Positions 29,062 to 41,736 of a stretch of 64,000 nt of DNA are shown here, piece by piece (position 1 is the stretch's first letter; each line of letters opens with the position of its first letter). The DNA comes from Schmidtea nova. Its lineage: Eukaryota. The stretch spans positions 313,472,001 through 313,536,000 of the forward strand of contig CM097883.1 of the NCBI GenBank assembly GCA_044892505.1, in the 5' to 3' direction. The notes beneath the pieces are model-generated. The model had not been told where the DNA came from and ran no database searches. It worked only from the letters and a program-made list of their open reading frames with translations. A program made the translations under genes and the position numbers.

Positions 29062-32000
29062 TGCTGGGTTCATGGACGGTTTGGTGAAAATTCGAATGAT
29101 TGCTAGGGATCTCCCATCCATGATCATGCATAAATAGTCGTAAGCTACACTCGAGCGCCCTTGATTATTTCCCCTGATAACCAAGTTGGTGATGCGCAGG
29201 GTGATTAAACAATGAGGGGCAGGTGAGCACTATTGCTAGGACTACTCCCCCTTTATGTTTACGGGTTCACGCGGCCGTAGAAGGACTTACGCAATTATTG
29301 TTCTATTTTGTGTGTGTGAGGCTATGTATTTATCAAAAAACAAAACAAGCAAGCAAAACCAAACTACGAATTTGATAATATTTAAGTTCTTTATCGCTAC
29401 TCCTTTCGTTGTGTGCCGGGTAATTGAAATTTAATTATGAATTATCTAATCGAAGGAAATACAAAAGAAACAACAACAACAAAACAAAAACGAGCAAAGA
29501 TTTAATTGACTCCCAAATCGGACATCGTATTCTATCTGTTATAGAAATTCTTTGAAAATTCCTTCTGGAGGGAATATCTCGGATAACCACTCGGCCTCCG
29601 ACATTTCTGCCATAGTGGTTACTTGTGTCTGCAATTGTTGAGAAAACAACTTTCTTTGGCGACGGCGCTTGGAGCCGATTCGTTTCCGCTTATTCGTTTT
29701 TCCGACGGGGTTTGGTATAGTGGTGGTTTCCACCCGACTCTGCACTGTGGTTGCCTCGAGTCCATCGGTGTCCGTACTGATTGAGCAGGCCATTTTCTGT
29801 TCCCCTACCCAATTCTGGTAAGTAATGGGTCGGATTTGTGCTTTCAATTCGGTCTCGATAAATGAAGTCGTCACCGAATGGAGACATCGGCGCAACTCAA
29901 TTTTTGTTGCTTCCCATTCGGTGCGATAATCGTCAGCTGTCTTTTGAGCCCTTTCTGTCCGACTCATTTGCTCCTTCATGCGAGCTGGTGCGAACCAGCT
30001 GGTCCGTAAATGCTGAATCTGAGCTTCTGCTTTGGCTCGTAAGGCTTTTTCTTGGTTTAGCTCTTTTTCCAATGCTCGGCGGATTCTCCACGCCTTGTCC
30101 AATTCTCGCTGCTGGCTAGTTTCCGTCATACTAAATAACAAACCCAATTTATAATGCATCAAACATGTTACCAAGATTAATATTATCCGTTGAGTGTAAA
30201 AATCATATGATTAAATAAATAGAAATAAATTTAACTAAGAACAAACAAAACACGGATCAACACCATTTAATTTATTGAAATCGTTTAGTTTATAAAATGT
30301 GAATATAATGTTTAGTGGAAAACACTTCGCTTGAGGCCGTGAACGGGAGTAATATGCAACCCGTGATTGACTGGATTTCTTCGGATGTGAGCCATCGAAC
30401 AGTTTAGTTTGGGGCGTCCGTGGCACGTTTTCGGTAGGTGATTTGGAATCAACCCGAAATTAAGCAACCTGAGCGGTGAGACATATCCCCAATGGATCAC
30501 TGTCGTTGGATTTCCTTCACTGTCTGACACCACTATGATGAACAGAGCTGTCGTCTCCCGGTCTCTTTCGTCCTGAATTTCCCATCCGGGGCCTCCTCGA
30601 TATACGATGGTATCCAATCCACCGGCCCAAATCGAAAATGGGCATTTCTTTCCTAGTTCCCTTCTCCATTTATACATCAACGCATTTAGCGTTCTGAGGA
30701 GTTCCTGTGGAAGCGACTTCAATTTCTTCCGGTGCGTCCGGATTAGAGGATTTTCGACCCGTGCCACATGACGTTGAGTTGTTAGAAATTCATCCAGTAT
30801 CGTTGATTTCATCTGAGAAAACAATAATGCTAATAGAATTTACTGTGATAAATCCGTAAATTTTGGTGAGACCTGATAAAAAGTGCTCTGCTCGTTGATC
30901 AATAACACAAAAAAAATGTGAAAAGGAGGAAAAAAAATATTTTTCAAACTATTCAATTAACACCGTCGCTATGTACAGCGATCGGAATATTAAAAATTTA
31001 CCTATTATTACCTGCGCTATGTACAGCGATCAGGTTACGATTTTATTTATTTAATCAGTAGTGTCGATCTGAATATGTCGTTATTTATGTCTAAATTAAA
31101 CTGTAGTTGAAACGTCGAAATCGTCTCGGTGTGTCTGGACGTGATTTCGATCAGCTATGTTGGTTCACAAAAATTTGCGTGCATATGAAAAAAATCGATC
31201 TAGTCGACCTGATAATTGATATTATAGTTTGTTTTCGCCTGTCTGATCGAATGTAAATGTTAACCACTGTCTACAAATTTTACTCGTGTCCTTGTCCCTG
31301 CACAACTTTACCGTACCGTGAAGCTTCCGATAAAATAAAATTAAATAAAGAATACCAATAAAAACTCTGCTCACCATCTTGTGGAACGGTGAAATCCCAC
31401 ATTTACGGCTTGCTCCCTCGCAGCGTAAGCTACTGAGGAAGTATATTTATTAGATCATAAAATAATGGCATAAGAAAAATAGAGTAATAGTAATAAATTA
31501 TATTAAATGAAAATAAAACAAATGGGAATCATGAAACATATCATAAAAATCAATGCAAAATACAATACAAAAAAATTTACTGTTTAAATCCACGATGCAG
31601 TGTTTTCCAAAAATTTACACAGTCTTTATCGTATCAAAGTTGACTATGATAAATCAGTTCGGTAGCTAAGTTTTTTGGCGTTTTTTTGTATGATTTTTGG
31701 ATCGGTATTTATACTGATCCAGTTGGTCAGATTGACCAATCAGGATCAGGCCGTCCATCAAAGTAATTTTGTTATTTTATTTTAATATAAACCATTTTAA
31801 ATTTCCGGTTCAGATTTCTCGCTGGGTGGTCTCGATTTTTTCAAGTAATTAACCAATTAATTGTACTTTTATTTGATTTTATTGGTAATTTTCTTATTTC
31901 AGACCCCCATACTGCTCGTTCTTGTGTCAATTTGATTTTCTTCCTTTGCTGGAAATTTAGTAATTATTATTTATTATTTTATTTTAATTTTTAATTTAGG

Positions 32001-32090
32001 TTTTCGAATGTTTTTGTGGTTATTATTTGTATTTATTGTTCAAATTAGTACAATATTTTTGCCTTTTTAGACCAATTGGTGGGCCCAACA
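29062..32090 (-). repeat. 5' LTR of the giant element (3029 bp)
   Basis: Direct repeat of 2794-5822, adjacent to the PBS. Confidence 0.97.
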
Positions 32091-32256
32091 GTATTATGAG
32101 GATTTACCCGCAAATTGAATCAAACAAAAATTTAGTTCAAACTTTTATTATAAAATACAAAAATTAATAACAACAAAACTATGATAAACATAACCAATAT
32201 AAGAGCTATTAAAAATTAACAATGAACATAACTAAATCAAATAACTATTACAAATT

Positions 32257-33218
32257 AACAATAAAAAAACAAGACAAAACAAATCATACTCACCCTTGTG
32301 ACCGGCCGACGAAACACGAAGTTAATGAAAAATTAATGCTAACTATATATCAATTGTGATTTTTAGCGTCTATTTATACTAAAATCTACTGACGCTCACA
32401 TATGTTTTTATTTAAATAATTATTTTAACGATTAAACTTATTTATTGTTTTTAATAAATGAGTATTTATTTATTTTCTGTAAATTTAATTTTATAATTAG
32501 ATTTATATATTTCTAAAATATTTGTTCTTAATTCCGTTAAATGATGTGTGTATCTGTTACCGATAAAGTATATAATGCAATTATTTCATAGAATACCTAG
32601 TTATTCCATGAAATAACGGATCATGTCCGTTAAAGTGTGTAATATGTTATTAATTTGACACTTTAACTAGTTATTCTATGAAATAACTAAGTATTGTATA
32701 AATTAACTAATGAGAGACAGTTAAAGAGTAAACAATAAGAGTAACAATAAAAAAACAAGACAAAACAAATCATACTCACCCTTGTGACCGGCCGACGAAA
32801 CACGAAGTTAATGAAAAATTAATGCTAACTTTATATCAATTGTGATTTTTAGCGTCTATTTATACTAAAATCTACTGACGCTCACATATGTTTTTATTTA
32901 AATAATTATTTTAACGATTAAACTTATTTATTGTTTTTAATAAATGAGTATTTATTTATTTTCTGTAAATTTAATTTTATAATTAGATTTATTTATTTCT
33001 AAAATATTTGCTCTTAATTCCGTTAAATGATGTGTGTATCTGTTACCGATAAAGTATATAATGCAATTATTTCCTAGAATACCTAGTTATTCCATGAAAT
33101 AACGGATCATGTCCGTTAAAGTGTGTAATATGTTATTAATTTGACACTTTAACTAGTTATTCTATGAAATAACTAGGTATTCTATAAATTAACTAATGAG
33201 AGACAGTTAAAGAGTAAA
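32257..33218. repeat. 486-bp tandem duplication
   Basis: 32257-32742 is repeated almost identically at 32743-33218. Confidence 0.9.
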
Positions 33219-33702
33219 ATAAATTATTTATCTAAAATGAAATTAAACTAATGATAGGCAATTAAAATGAAAAAGAAGCAATTTTTCTAATTTAAGCAGC
33301 ATATAAATGGTATTTGTGGGAACGTACCATAAAATCATTTGTTACAACAAGTATTACTAAAATGACACTTGGAATTACAAAGAACATTATTTCTAAAACA
33401 AAAACATATTTTCTTGAAACATTGGGTTTTACACGAACATTTTTTAAATCCCTCCATATGGCCTGGAATAGTTCATAAATGCAGTAGGGGTGGAAGGTAA
33501 ATGTATTTGTCGTGCGAGATATATGATATAGATTATTTTACACTTTAACGGGCTGCAGATCGTTATTCTATGAAATAACTAGTTAAACCATGAAATACAA
33601 GAGAGTTTTTCACTTTAATGGACATGATCCGTTATTTCATGGAATAACTAGGTATTCTATGAAATAACTGCATTATATACTTTAACGGTAACATATCCAC
33701 TG
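33033..33702. mobile_element. MITE-like non-autonomous element with ~90-bp terminal inverted repeats
   Basis: 33035-33122 (TGTTACCGATAAAGTATATAATGC...GGATCATGTCCGTTAAAGTG) recurs inverted at about 33610-33697. No ORF between. Confidence 0.55.
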
Positions 33703-34682
33703 TTTTTATGTATTAATTGATTGATTAAAACAATCAAATTTACTTTAATTCTATTTTTATCCTTATCTCCGTTATTTTTAAGACATTTCAATGGGAATTT
33801 TTTCTATAATTTTTAATAAATTATTTTTTTATTCTGATACCAATTTTATTCTTTGATCATGCTTTTCGAAATTTATTTACAAACAATGATCTTCCCAATT
33901 CAATTCTCGTGCGGTCCTTCGTATGTAAATGCGACCTTCCCTCAAACTGTGAGCTCTCTCTTCTAGATGCCTCTTTTCTATCGTTTCAACCCTATCTCAA
34001 TCGACTTATAGAATGCGATTCGTGTGACTACCATTGTACTTTACTGTTTTATTTTCTTTTGCGTTATTTTACTGTATAATGCTTTATCGCGAATTTTTGA
34101 ATTTGTTTCATTTTGTATATATTTAATTTTGATAAATTTAAACAATGTTTATTTTTTGATTTCACCAGCCCAACAAAAATAAAGCAATTAGTTGGTTACC
34201 CACTTTTAAGTCTAAATCAGTAGCTAGGGATTATTAAACGGATATTATCTACGAGCGCTATTCTTCACATAAGTGTTGTAATAAGCACTGTATTATTGTC
34301 TCTTATTATTGATTGATTGTATCAGTCTAATTGTGAAATCAGTTCTGATACCAATAAAGATTCCTGTTGTAATTGTTATTTTATTGATCAATAAAGCACG
34401 AATTTGCAGTCAGAAATTTGATTGGTAACTTTTAAACTTTACTAACCACACTATTACTCAGCATATTTTGGTGAGCCTGGCGTGATCGATGTTGGTGAGA
34501 AATTATTGAATAGAAGGTTATGAAAATAAATTTTGGAATAAAGGAAAATTGTTAAAGTTAATTATGAATTAATATGAATTACTGATTGAATTAATAGTTT
34601 TAGTGACGATATTTAGATTAATATTTGTTTAAATATTACAGTTTTAAATAGAATATAATTTTTGGAAATAACGTCTTATATT

Positions 34683-35864
34683 ATGACTAATAATGGAAAT
34701 GTTACTGGCGACCACGCCGAAATCGCAGCTATTACAAGATCACAACAAAGGCAGAAAATTGTCGAATCTTTGCCAAAAAATATTCAAGAATCGATTTACC
34801 CAGTGATAAAAAAGTTTTTTGGAGGAAAAGAAGAAAATGCAAAGGACTGGCTTGAATCTATTGAAGAATTTGTGACGATAAATTCGCTCAATTTAGGAGC
34901 AGCATTCGATTTATTATTACACGGAGATGCAAAAGAATTATGGATGGCCTTTAAGGAGACACTTAAGACTCCGGCTTCAGATCAAGAAGTAAAAGGTTGG
35001 TTTATTTTAAAATATGTAAAATCCAAAAGTTTTTTACAAAATATCGAAGACATGAGTCTGATAAAGCAGAGATCGGACGAAAGGTTTGAAAATTTTATAA
35101 TCAGAGTGAGGAAATTAGTCCGTGAAGTTCTTTCCGCAAATCAAACGGAAGACATGATTGTCAAGGATATTGTTACAAAACGTATGTATTCAGAAAAAGT
35201 TAAGGATGCAATTGCAATGAACCCAGAAGTATCTCTCACAGAAATAGAGAAAATGAATGTAAACTTTGAAAATAATTTACATACAGAAGACACCAGAGAG
35301 ATATTTGCACTGGCAGATAATAGGAAACAATCGTCATATGCATCTGTAACAAGAAATAAAATCCCAGTAAGGCAGAATGTTCACCCAGTGATTAGACCAT
35401 CAGTTCCAGAGACTAATCGGTATGTCAGTAATAAAAGAAATTACGACAAAAATGGCAATAGACCACATTTCACTGAAAGAAAGCGAAATTCAGAAAGTTT
35501 ATTGGTTAATGAGAGACCCAATAGGCCTATGGTTTCTATGAAACATATTGCAAGACGAGTTTACAACAAAGCGAAAGGGTTTCCGGAACCAGAATTGCGA
35601 CCCTTACAACCCGGTCAATGTTATTGTTGTGGCGAATCAGGTCATATTCGGAACAATTGTCCTTTAAGCAAATGTTGTTTAATATGTGGTAAAAATGATC
35701 ATTTTTTTAATAATTGCCCTCTATTAAGAAGTAATAATACAAGAAAAATCCACTGTATTCAAGAAGAGAATGATTTAGGAAATCTGACTTATTCGTATGA
35801 AGACCTTGAGAATGATGGCACGTCAGAATCTGAAGTAAATAGGATCGATTACAGGAGGTCATAG
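34683..35864 (+). CDS. gag: Gag of the small gypsy element
   Basis: FFGGKEENAKDWLESIEEF capsid motif; two CCHC knuckles CYCCGESGHIRNNC and CLICGKNDHFFNNC. Confidence 0.9.
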   Translation: MTNNGNVTGDHAEIAAITRSQQRQKIVESLPKNIQESIYPVIKKFFGGKEENAKDWLESIEEFVTINSLNLGAAFDLLLHGDAKELWMAFKETLKTPASDQEVKGWFILKYVKSKSFLQNIEDMSLIKQRSDERFENFIIRVRKLVREVLSANQTEDMIVKDIVTKRMYSEKVKDAIAMNPEVSLTEIEKMNVNFENNLHTEDTREIFALADNRKQSSYASVTRNKIPVRQNVHPVIRPSVPETNRYVSNKRNYDKNGNRPHFTERKRNSESLLVNERPNRPMVSMKHIARRVYNKAKGFPEPELRPLQPGQCYCCGESGHIRNNCPLSKCCLICGKNDHFFNNCPLLRSNNTRKIHCIQEENDLGNLTYSYEDLENDGTSESEVNRIDYRRS

Positions 35865-35942
35865 AAGAAATAACAAAGAACGTCCTTTAAACGAGATACG
35901 CTCCATGGCAAACATTTCGTCTGTGGAGTCGTTGAATTAAAT

Positions 35943-38900
35943 GTGAAGAACACAGAAAACCGAAATGTTATGATGTTCAAGAAGACGGATGGAAGGTGGT
36001 GGAGTTTTGTTCAATGCTGTGGAAAAGTGATTGAGATGTTGTGGGATACAGGTGCATCGGTTACGGTAATGTCAGAGGCCATATGGAGAAAGTGTGGCAG
36101 TCCAGTTTTAAAACCGTTGGATATTGCGCTCAGAGGTGCGTTTGGAAATAAACCGATATCATGCTTAGGTGATTTTATGACTTCAATTGTTTGGAATGAA
36201 TTGTGTCAGAAAGTAAAGGTAATTGTGGTTAGAGATATAAGTCCAAGTTTTGTGGGTGGAATGAATTTGATTTTAGCTTTTAAAATAAAACTGGTGCCAG
36301 ATACATCAATTGCATTAATCGATTCAGATACGGTTGGTGTTAGCTACAGTGATAAAGAACGATGTCAAAAAGCGCTGGATGTTTTTGGACCAAATCCAAA
36401 TCCAAAACTGGTGGAGTTAGTAACCATGTATAGTTCGATCTTCATGGCATCGGATTTTGATTTAGGTTGTACTAGTTTAGTTACTCATACTATAAAAACG
36501 TCGGGAAATCCAATAATTCAAAATCACAGGCGCATGGCAATGCAAATGGAATCAAAAGTGGACGATATGATTATGAAATTATTAAAAATGGGCATTATCA
36601 GGAAATGCCAAAGCCCATGGAACTCACCTACGGTCGTGGTAGGTAAAAAAGATGGATCAATCAGAATGTGTCAAGACTTTAGGAAAGTCAATGAAGTTAC
36701 TGAAAAATTCAGTTTTCCAATGGCGGACTCCCAAACAATATTCGATTCTTTGTCGGGATCTTCAGTTTTTTCATCTCTAGACTTGGGGCAGGCATATTAT
36801 CAGGTATATGTTGATGAGGCGTCTCAGTTAAAAACAGCGTTTTCTACAAAGAAGGGACAGTTTTGCTACAATCGAATGCCATTTGGATTATCCACAGCTC
36901 CAGCAACTTTCCAAAGACTTATGCACATATTATTTGATGATATTTTGTATAACGGTGTTGCAGCATATTTAGATGATGTTCTGATATATGGAAAAACTAT
37001 CGAAGAACACAATAGAAATTTGGAGGAAGTTTTCAAGCGAATTAAATTAGCGGGGTTAAGGATCAATCCTAAGAAATGTAGTTTTTATAAAAGTGAATTG
37101 ATATTCTTGGGGCATAAAATTTCAGCAGAAGGTATATCCACGAATAACAAGATGATAAAAAGAATTATTGAGGTTGAAATACCGAAATGCAGTAAACAAC
37201 TACGTTCATTTTTGGGATTAGCAAATTATTATCGCAAATTTGTTCCAAATTTTGCTGAAATAGCCAAACCGTTATATGAAGCTACAAAGGGACATGAAAA
37301 AGATATTAAATGGAATGACGAGTGTGAGGAAAGTTTCCAAAAACTTAAGCATGCACTATCGAGTGCACCAATATTGGCGTTTCCAAATAAGGTCGATTAC
37401 TTTATTTTGGATACTGATGCGTGTTTTAGCGGAATTGGTGCTGTTCTAAGCCAAGTTCAAAATGGTTGTGAAAACGTCATAGCATATGGTTCAAGACTTT
37501 TAAGTGCTCATGAGAAAGGATACTGTGTGACTAGAAAAGAATTATTAGCAATATACGAGTACGTCTTATATTTTCGGCATTATTTATATGGAAAAAAGTT
37601 TGATATACGTACGGATCACAAGGCTTTAAAGTTCTTAAAGTCAACTTCGAAACCAATAAGTCCACAATTCCAAACATGGTTGAGTGAGTTGTCAGGTTAT
37701 GATTTTGATTTAAAATATAGGAAAGGTGAAAATCATAGTAACGCTGATGGACTATCGAGGATATTACTAAGTTATTGCTCACAATGTCAAACCGAACACG
37801 AAGAAGGAAAACTTGAGAAGAGCCGAATAAGATTTTTGAACGTGATTACTTCAAGTAATTTAAATATGCAGGTATATATTGAGAATCAGGAAACATATAA
37901 TTTGCTGTCTACAATAAAGAAATATGTACTTAACCCGAGTCCCGAGATACATCGCTTGATTCGGGATTCACCTTATTCCAAAAGACTGGATCAGATATTT
38001 GTAAAAGACAATCTGTTATTAATAGTAAATGATGATAAGCAGAAGATAATAATTCCGCAGAAAATGGTGTCACAAGTCGTACAGCATATGCACAAAGAAC
38101 TCTGTCATTTAGGAGTTAAGAAAACAACAAATTATATGAACGATTATTTTTTTTGGATACACATGGTAACCGATATACGAGATATTATAAAAAAATGTGA
38201 TGTATGCATGAGAAGGAAAGTGTTGACAAGTAAGACAGCTGAGTATTTAATTCCTAGGGTAATAATGAGTTCGATGGAACAAATCGTAATCGATATTGCT
38301 CATATGAAAGAAACCAGAAACCGTAACCGTTATTTGGTAGTAATAATTGATCAGTTCAGCAAGATGGTTAGTTTAACGCCTACTCAGAACCAAGATGAAA
38401 AGACAATATATCGGGTACTTTTACACAATTGGATATACAAATTCGGTAAACCAGCTTACATTGTTTCGGATAGAGGTAAAGTTTTCGAAGGAAGTCAAAT
38501 CAAAGGGTTAATGGATAATTTTAACATCGAATGGATATTTACCTCACCATATGATCATAAGTCTAATGGTTTAGCAGAACGGGTAATACGAACGGTTCGT
38601 GATATGATCGTGACATTTCTGAATGATGGGTAAACTGGAGGGTGTTGGGATGACATCATGCCAAAAATTGAATATTCCCTGAACTCAACAACACAGAGTT
38701 CTACGGGATTTTCGCCAATGGAAATACTGTTTGGAAGAAAGGTTAATATACATGGAAAGAATTCATTTATAGATCTTAATCGAGAACAAGTATTATTGAC
38801 AGCACAGAATAATATTAAGGTAGCGGCAGATAAAATGAGATCAAGAGATGCAGATAAGAAAATTCATCGGCATTTTGAGGTTGGTCAGAGAGTTCTAGTA

Positions 38901-39056
38901 AAAATGGATCCCCATAAGAGATCAAAGCATGGTAATTTGTTCGAAGGTCCTGTAAAGATTCTTGGTTTCCCAACGAAACACCAAGTTGAACTAGAATATC
39001 CAAGTGGGAAAAGATGCAGAAGAATTGAATGGCTGAAAGAGTATCACAGTTCTTAA
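35943..39056 (+). pseudogene. pol: Pol (PR-RT-RH-IN) of the small gypsy element with an in-frame TAA at 38631-38633
   Basis: LWDTGAS, AYLDDVLI, LDTDAC, H..LCHLG...CDVC, SDRG, ERVIR. The 38658-39056 ORF continues the same frame and contains the GP motif. Confidence 0.92.
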
Positions 39057-40232
39057 AGAAGGGGAGAGTGAGGATATTTAGATTAATATTTGTTTAAATA
39101 TTACAGTTTTAAATAGAATATAATTTTTGGAAATAACGTCTTATATTATGACTAATAATGGAAATGTTACTGTTTTAAAATTTAGATTTTGTGCGATTTG
39201 AGAAAATAATTTATTAAAATGAATAGAAGTAATTTATGAAGTCCGAGTTAGGCGAACCCAAAATGAATAGTGAAGATTTACTAATTTCCGTTGACAAAGA
39301 AAGCTATGATTTTTTCTCAGTTCTCAAAGACTACCAATAGGGCAATATAGAGAATATCCACTTGCATTTTTTAATTCTATGAATGGATATCATATGTGTG
39401 CTACAGCTTCGGGGTGTACAGAGGCAAAAGATTACAAAGAAATTTTTGTTATATTTAACTGGAGTTGCTCGTTATTTATGGTGTATGATTGACAAAAGGA
39501 AAATTGGAGATGAGTGGACAAAATTAAATGAGGCGATGGAAGATTAGTTGGTATGCAAAGAAGTTAAACGAATTATGAGAAGAAACTTTTATGAAATAAA
39601 GCAAAAATACGATGAATCTGTTGTTGAATATGGGTATGATTTAATTTCATTAGCTAAAATGACATTTGTAGTAAACTTCGTTGATAATATCAATGTCAAA
39701 TATCTTATAGTTGATAAACCTTTAGTGGTATTAATAAAACTTTGAAAGAAACAACTTGTTTAGGTTTAATGATATATTTGATTTAATGAGACAAATTTCG
39801 AAGGTTGAACAACAATTGTTTGAGAATAATAAAAATATTAAAAATTACAATGAATCTTGTTATAAGAGTATTAATAAGTCCTATGATAATGAAATGAATC
39901 CTTTCTTATATTGTTATGATATGAATAATCGAAAAAGTTTATTAACAAAAAGTTAGTATAAATTAAAAAATGGAAGTCTAGAAAATGAGTTTCGCCCAGG
40001 GTAGCCAAACCATGGCTACTCATCAATTAATTTAATCAACTTGATTTTATTTTGTTTTATTATTATTTGGTTCCTTTTTATAATAATTTATTCTATGATG
40101 AAATATTAATAATAATATTTATTTTTAAAAAGAAAAGACGGTTTTCAAATGTCATGGGTGAAATGCCACATACTTTGGACAAGACTGACTATCTTTTCTG
40201 TACTCGAGTATTAAAGCATTTGCAATTGAGGA

Positions 40233-40577
40233 TTATGGATTTTGTTTTCAATCGTTCTGTTGTTTATAAATAAGAAAATATTTATAATATATTCTTAAAA
40301 AAAATATTTTTTTGTAAAAAAAGTATTATATTTTTAAAATTAATTTATTTAAATTAAAAAATTTTTAATCGTTTTAAATTTTTTGACTATTATATAAAAT
40401 TTATAATATATATTTTATTTTAAAAATTAATATTAATTCGTTTAATAAATCGATTTATTTGATTTATATTTGAATGGAAGATTGAGTAGCACCTGATGAA
40501 GAGAATTAAGTTCTCAAAATATATTGTGAAGAATATATATTTGGATTGGCGTTTGTTTTTAATTATTTTAGTGCCAT
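40233..40577. repeat. Dispersed ~345-bp AT-rich repeat (second copy at 53273-53623)
   Basis: Shared GATTG[A/G]GTAGCACCTGATGAAGAGAATTAAGTTCTC...GGATTGGCGTTTG core and flanks. Confidence 0.85.
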
Positions 40578-40680
40578 GTTTGTTGTATTATGTAATATTT
40601 ATTTTATTATTATTTTGTTTCTGTAAAGGTTGCATTAATATTGTTGTTATTATTAGTGTTATTATTATTGTGTAAAGGTC

Positions 40681-40681
<1 letters not shown>

Positions 40682-40737
<56 letters not shown>
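40682..40737. repeat. (ATT)n microsatellite
   Basis: Pure trinucleotide run. Confidence 0.95.
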
Positions 40738-40739
<2 letters not shown>

Positions 40740-41736
40740 TTTTGGTGGATATCCTTTCGGACACAGAGTGGCCCCCTTTTTTATTATTTCGAATTAACAA
40801 TTTTTTATTTTAAATAATTAAGATAATATAAATTTTTAAAAAAAACAAAAAAAATCGATTGACAAATAAATTGCTAAGGAAAGAAACAGATTGATAACTA
40901 TATAAATTGTTAAGTAAAATAATATTACAAATTGACAAGAAAACAAAGATTTCAAATTACCTAAAAAATGAAATTACCGAAAAGTAAACCAATTAGCGAA
41001 AAATTAACTGATTATCAATTTATCAAACTATTAAATCTCCAAAGAACTGAAAGGAAAACTATACAAATAGTCAATTAAAGAAATTAATTCAAATTGTCAA
41101 CCAAAAAAAAATTTCAAAATTATATTTTGCTCGAAAATCAAAGAAAAGCCTGTATAAAATAAATTTCCTTTATTGAGGACATTTTCTGTGTTTTAATCTG
41201 AGCATACATGAGTATCTGTTTATTTTATTAGTGTTAAATAAAATTTTTTAATATTATAGTTTTAAGTTGGTTGTTTATTAATATATTCTGTGCAAACACA
41301 AGCACGCAAACACACCATCATATTATCAATATAACATTCACCCCAGCAGTCCCGAAACATTTTCTTTCAAGAGACTTTGATGGGCTCTAAAAATCTTTCT
41401 TTCATAAAATATAGCTACATAAATATCTTTCCAAACAAAAATCCACTCAATATAAGTAAAAACGGATTACCCACTATTATTAGCGTTAGCTAACAGTTTC
41501 TATTTACAATTATTTATTCTTTGATGAAATATTAATAATAATAATGTGACTGAAAATTAAAGTTTGCTACAGTGATTAACTGGTGGGCTGCCTTCATAAC
41601 GAAGACGAATCAACAATAAATTTACGATTAATTTATTTATAAATACATCATATATAAATTAATAGATTTCAGTTAATCCATTTTTATTTCCATTCTCTTG
41701 GATTTATGCTTATATTGGACTGTCGCTTCCTCTCGT

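Larger units (their letters stand above)
2794..32090 (-). mobile_element. Giant (29,297 bp) Ty3/gypsy LTR retrotransposon with env-like and host-modulator cargo
   Basis: 3029-bp direct repeats at a constant offset of 26,268 with TG..CA ends. 4-bp TSD GTAT (2790-2793 and 32091-32094). PBS next to the right LTR. Gag and PR-RT-RH-IN in gypsy order on the minus strand. Confidence 0.97.
34602..39171 (+). mobile_element. Compact (4570 bp) Ty3/gypsy retrotransposon with 105-bp LTRs (34602-34706 and 39067-39171)
   Basis: LTRs differ at one base and have AGT..ACT termini. 5-bp TSD GTTTT. PBS TGGCGACCACG (tRNA-Arg type) overlaps the LTR by 1 nt. PPT AAAGAAGGGGAG at 39055-39066. Confidence 0.95.
34469..39960 (+). 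mobile_element. Old decayed LTR retrotransposon remnant that hosts the small gypsy element
   Basis: PBS-like TGGTGAGCCTGGCGTGA (34469-34485; 3 mismatches to the tRNA-Trp PBS) after CAGCA-tattt. Gag-like fragment FYEIKQKYDESVVEYGYDLISLAK at 39548-39745. Confidence 0.5.
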
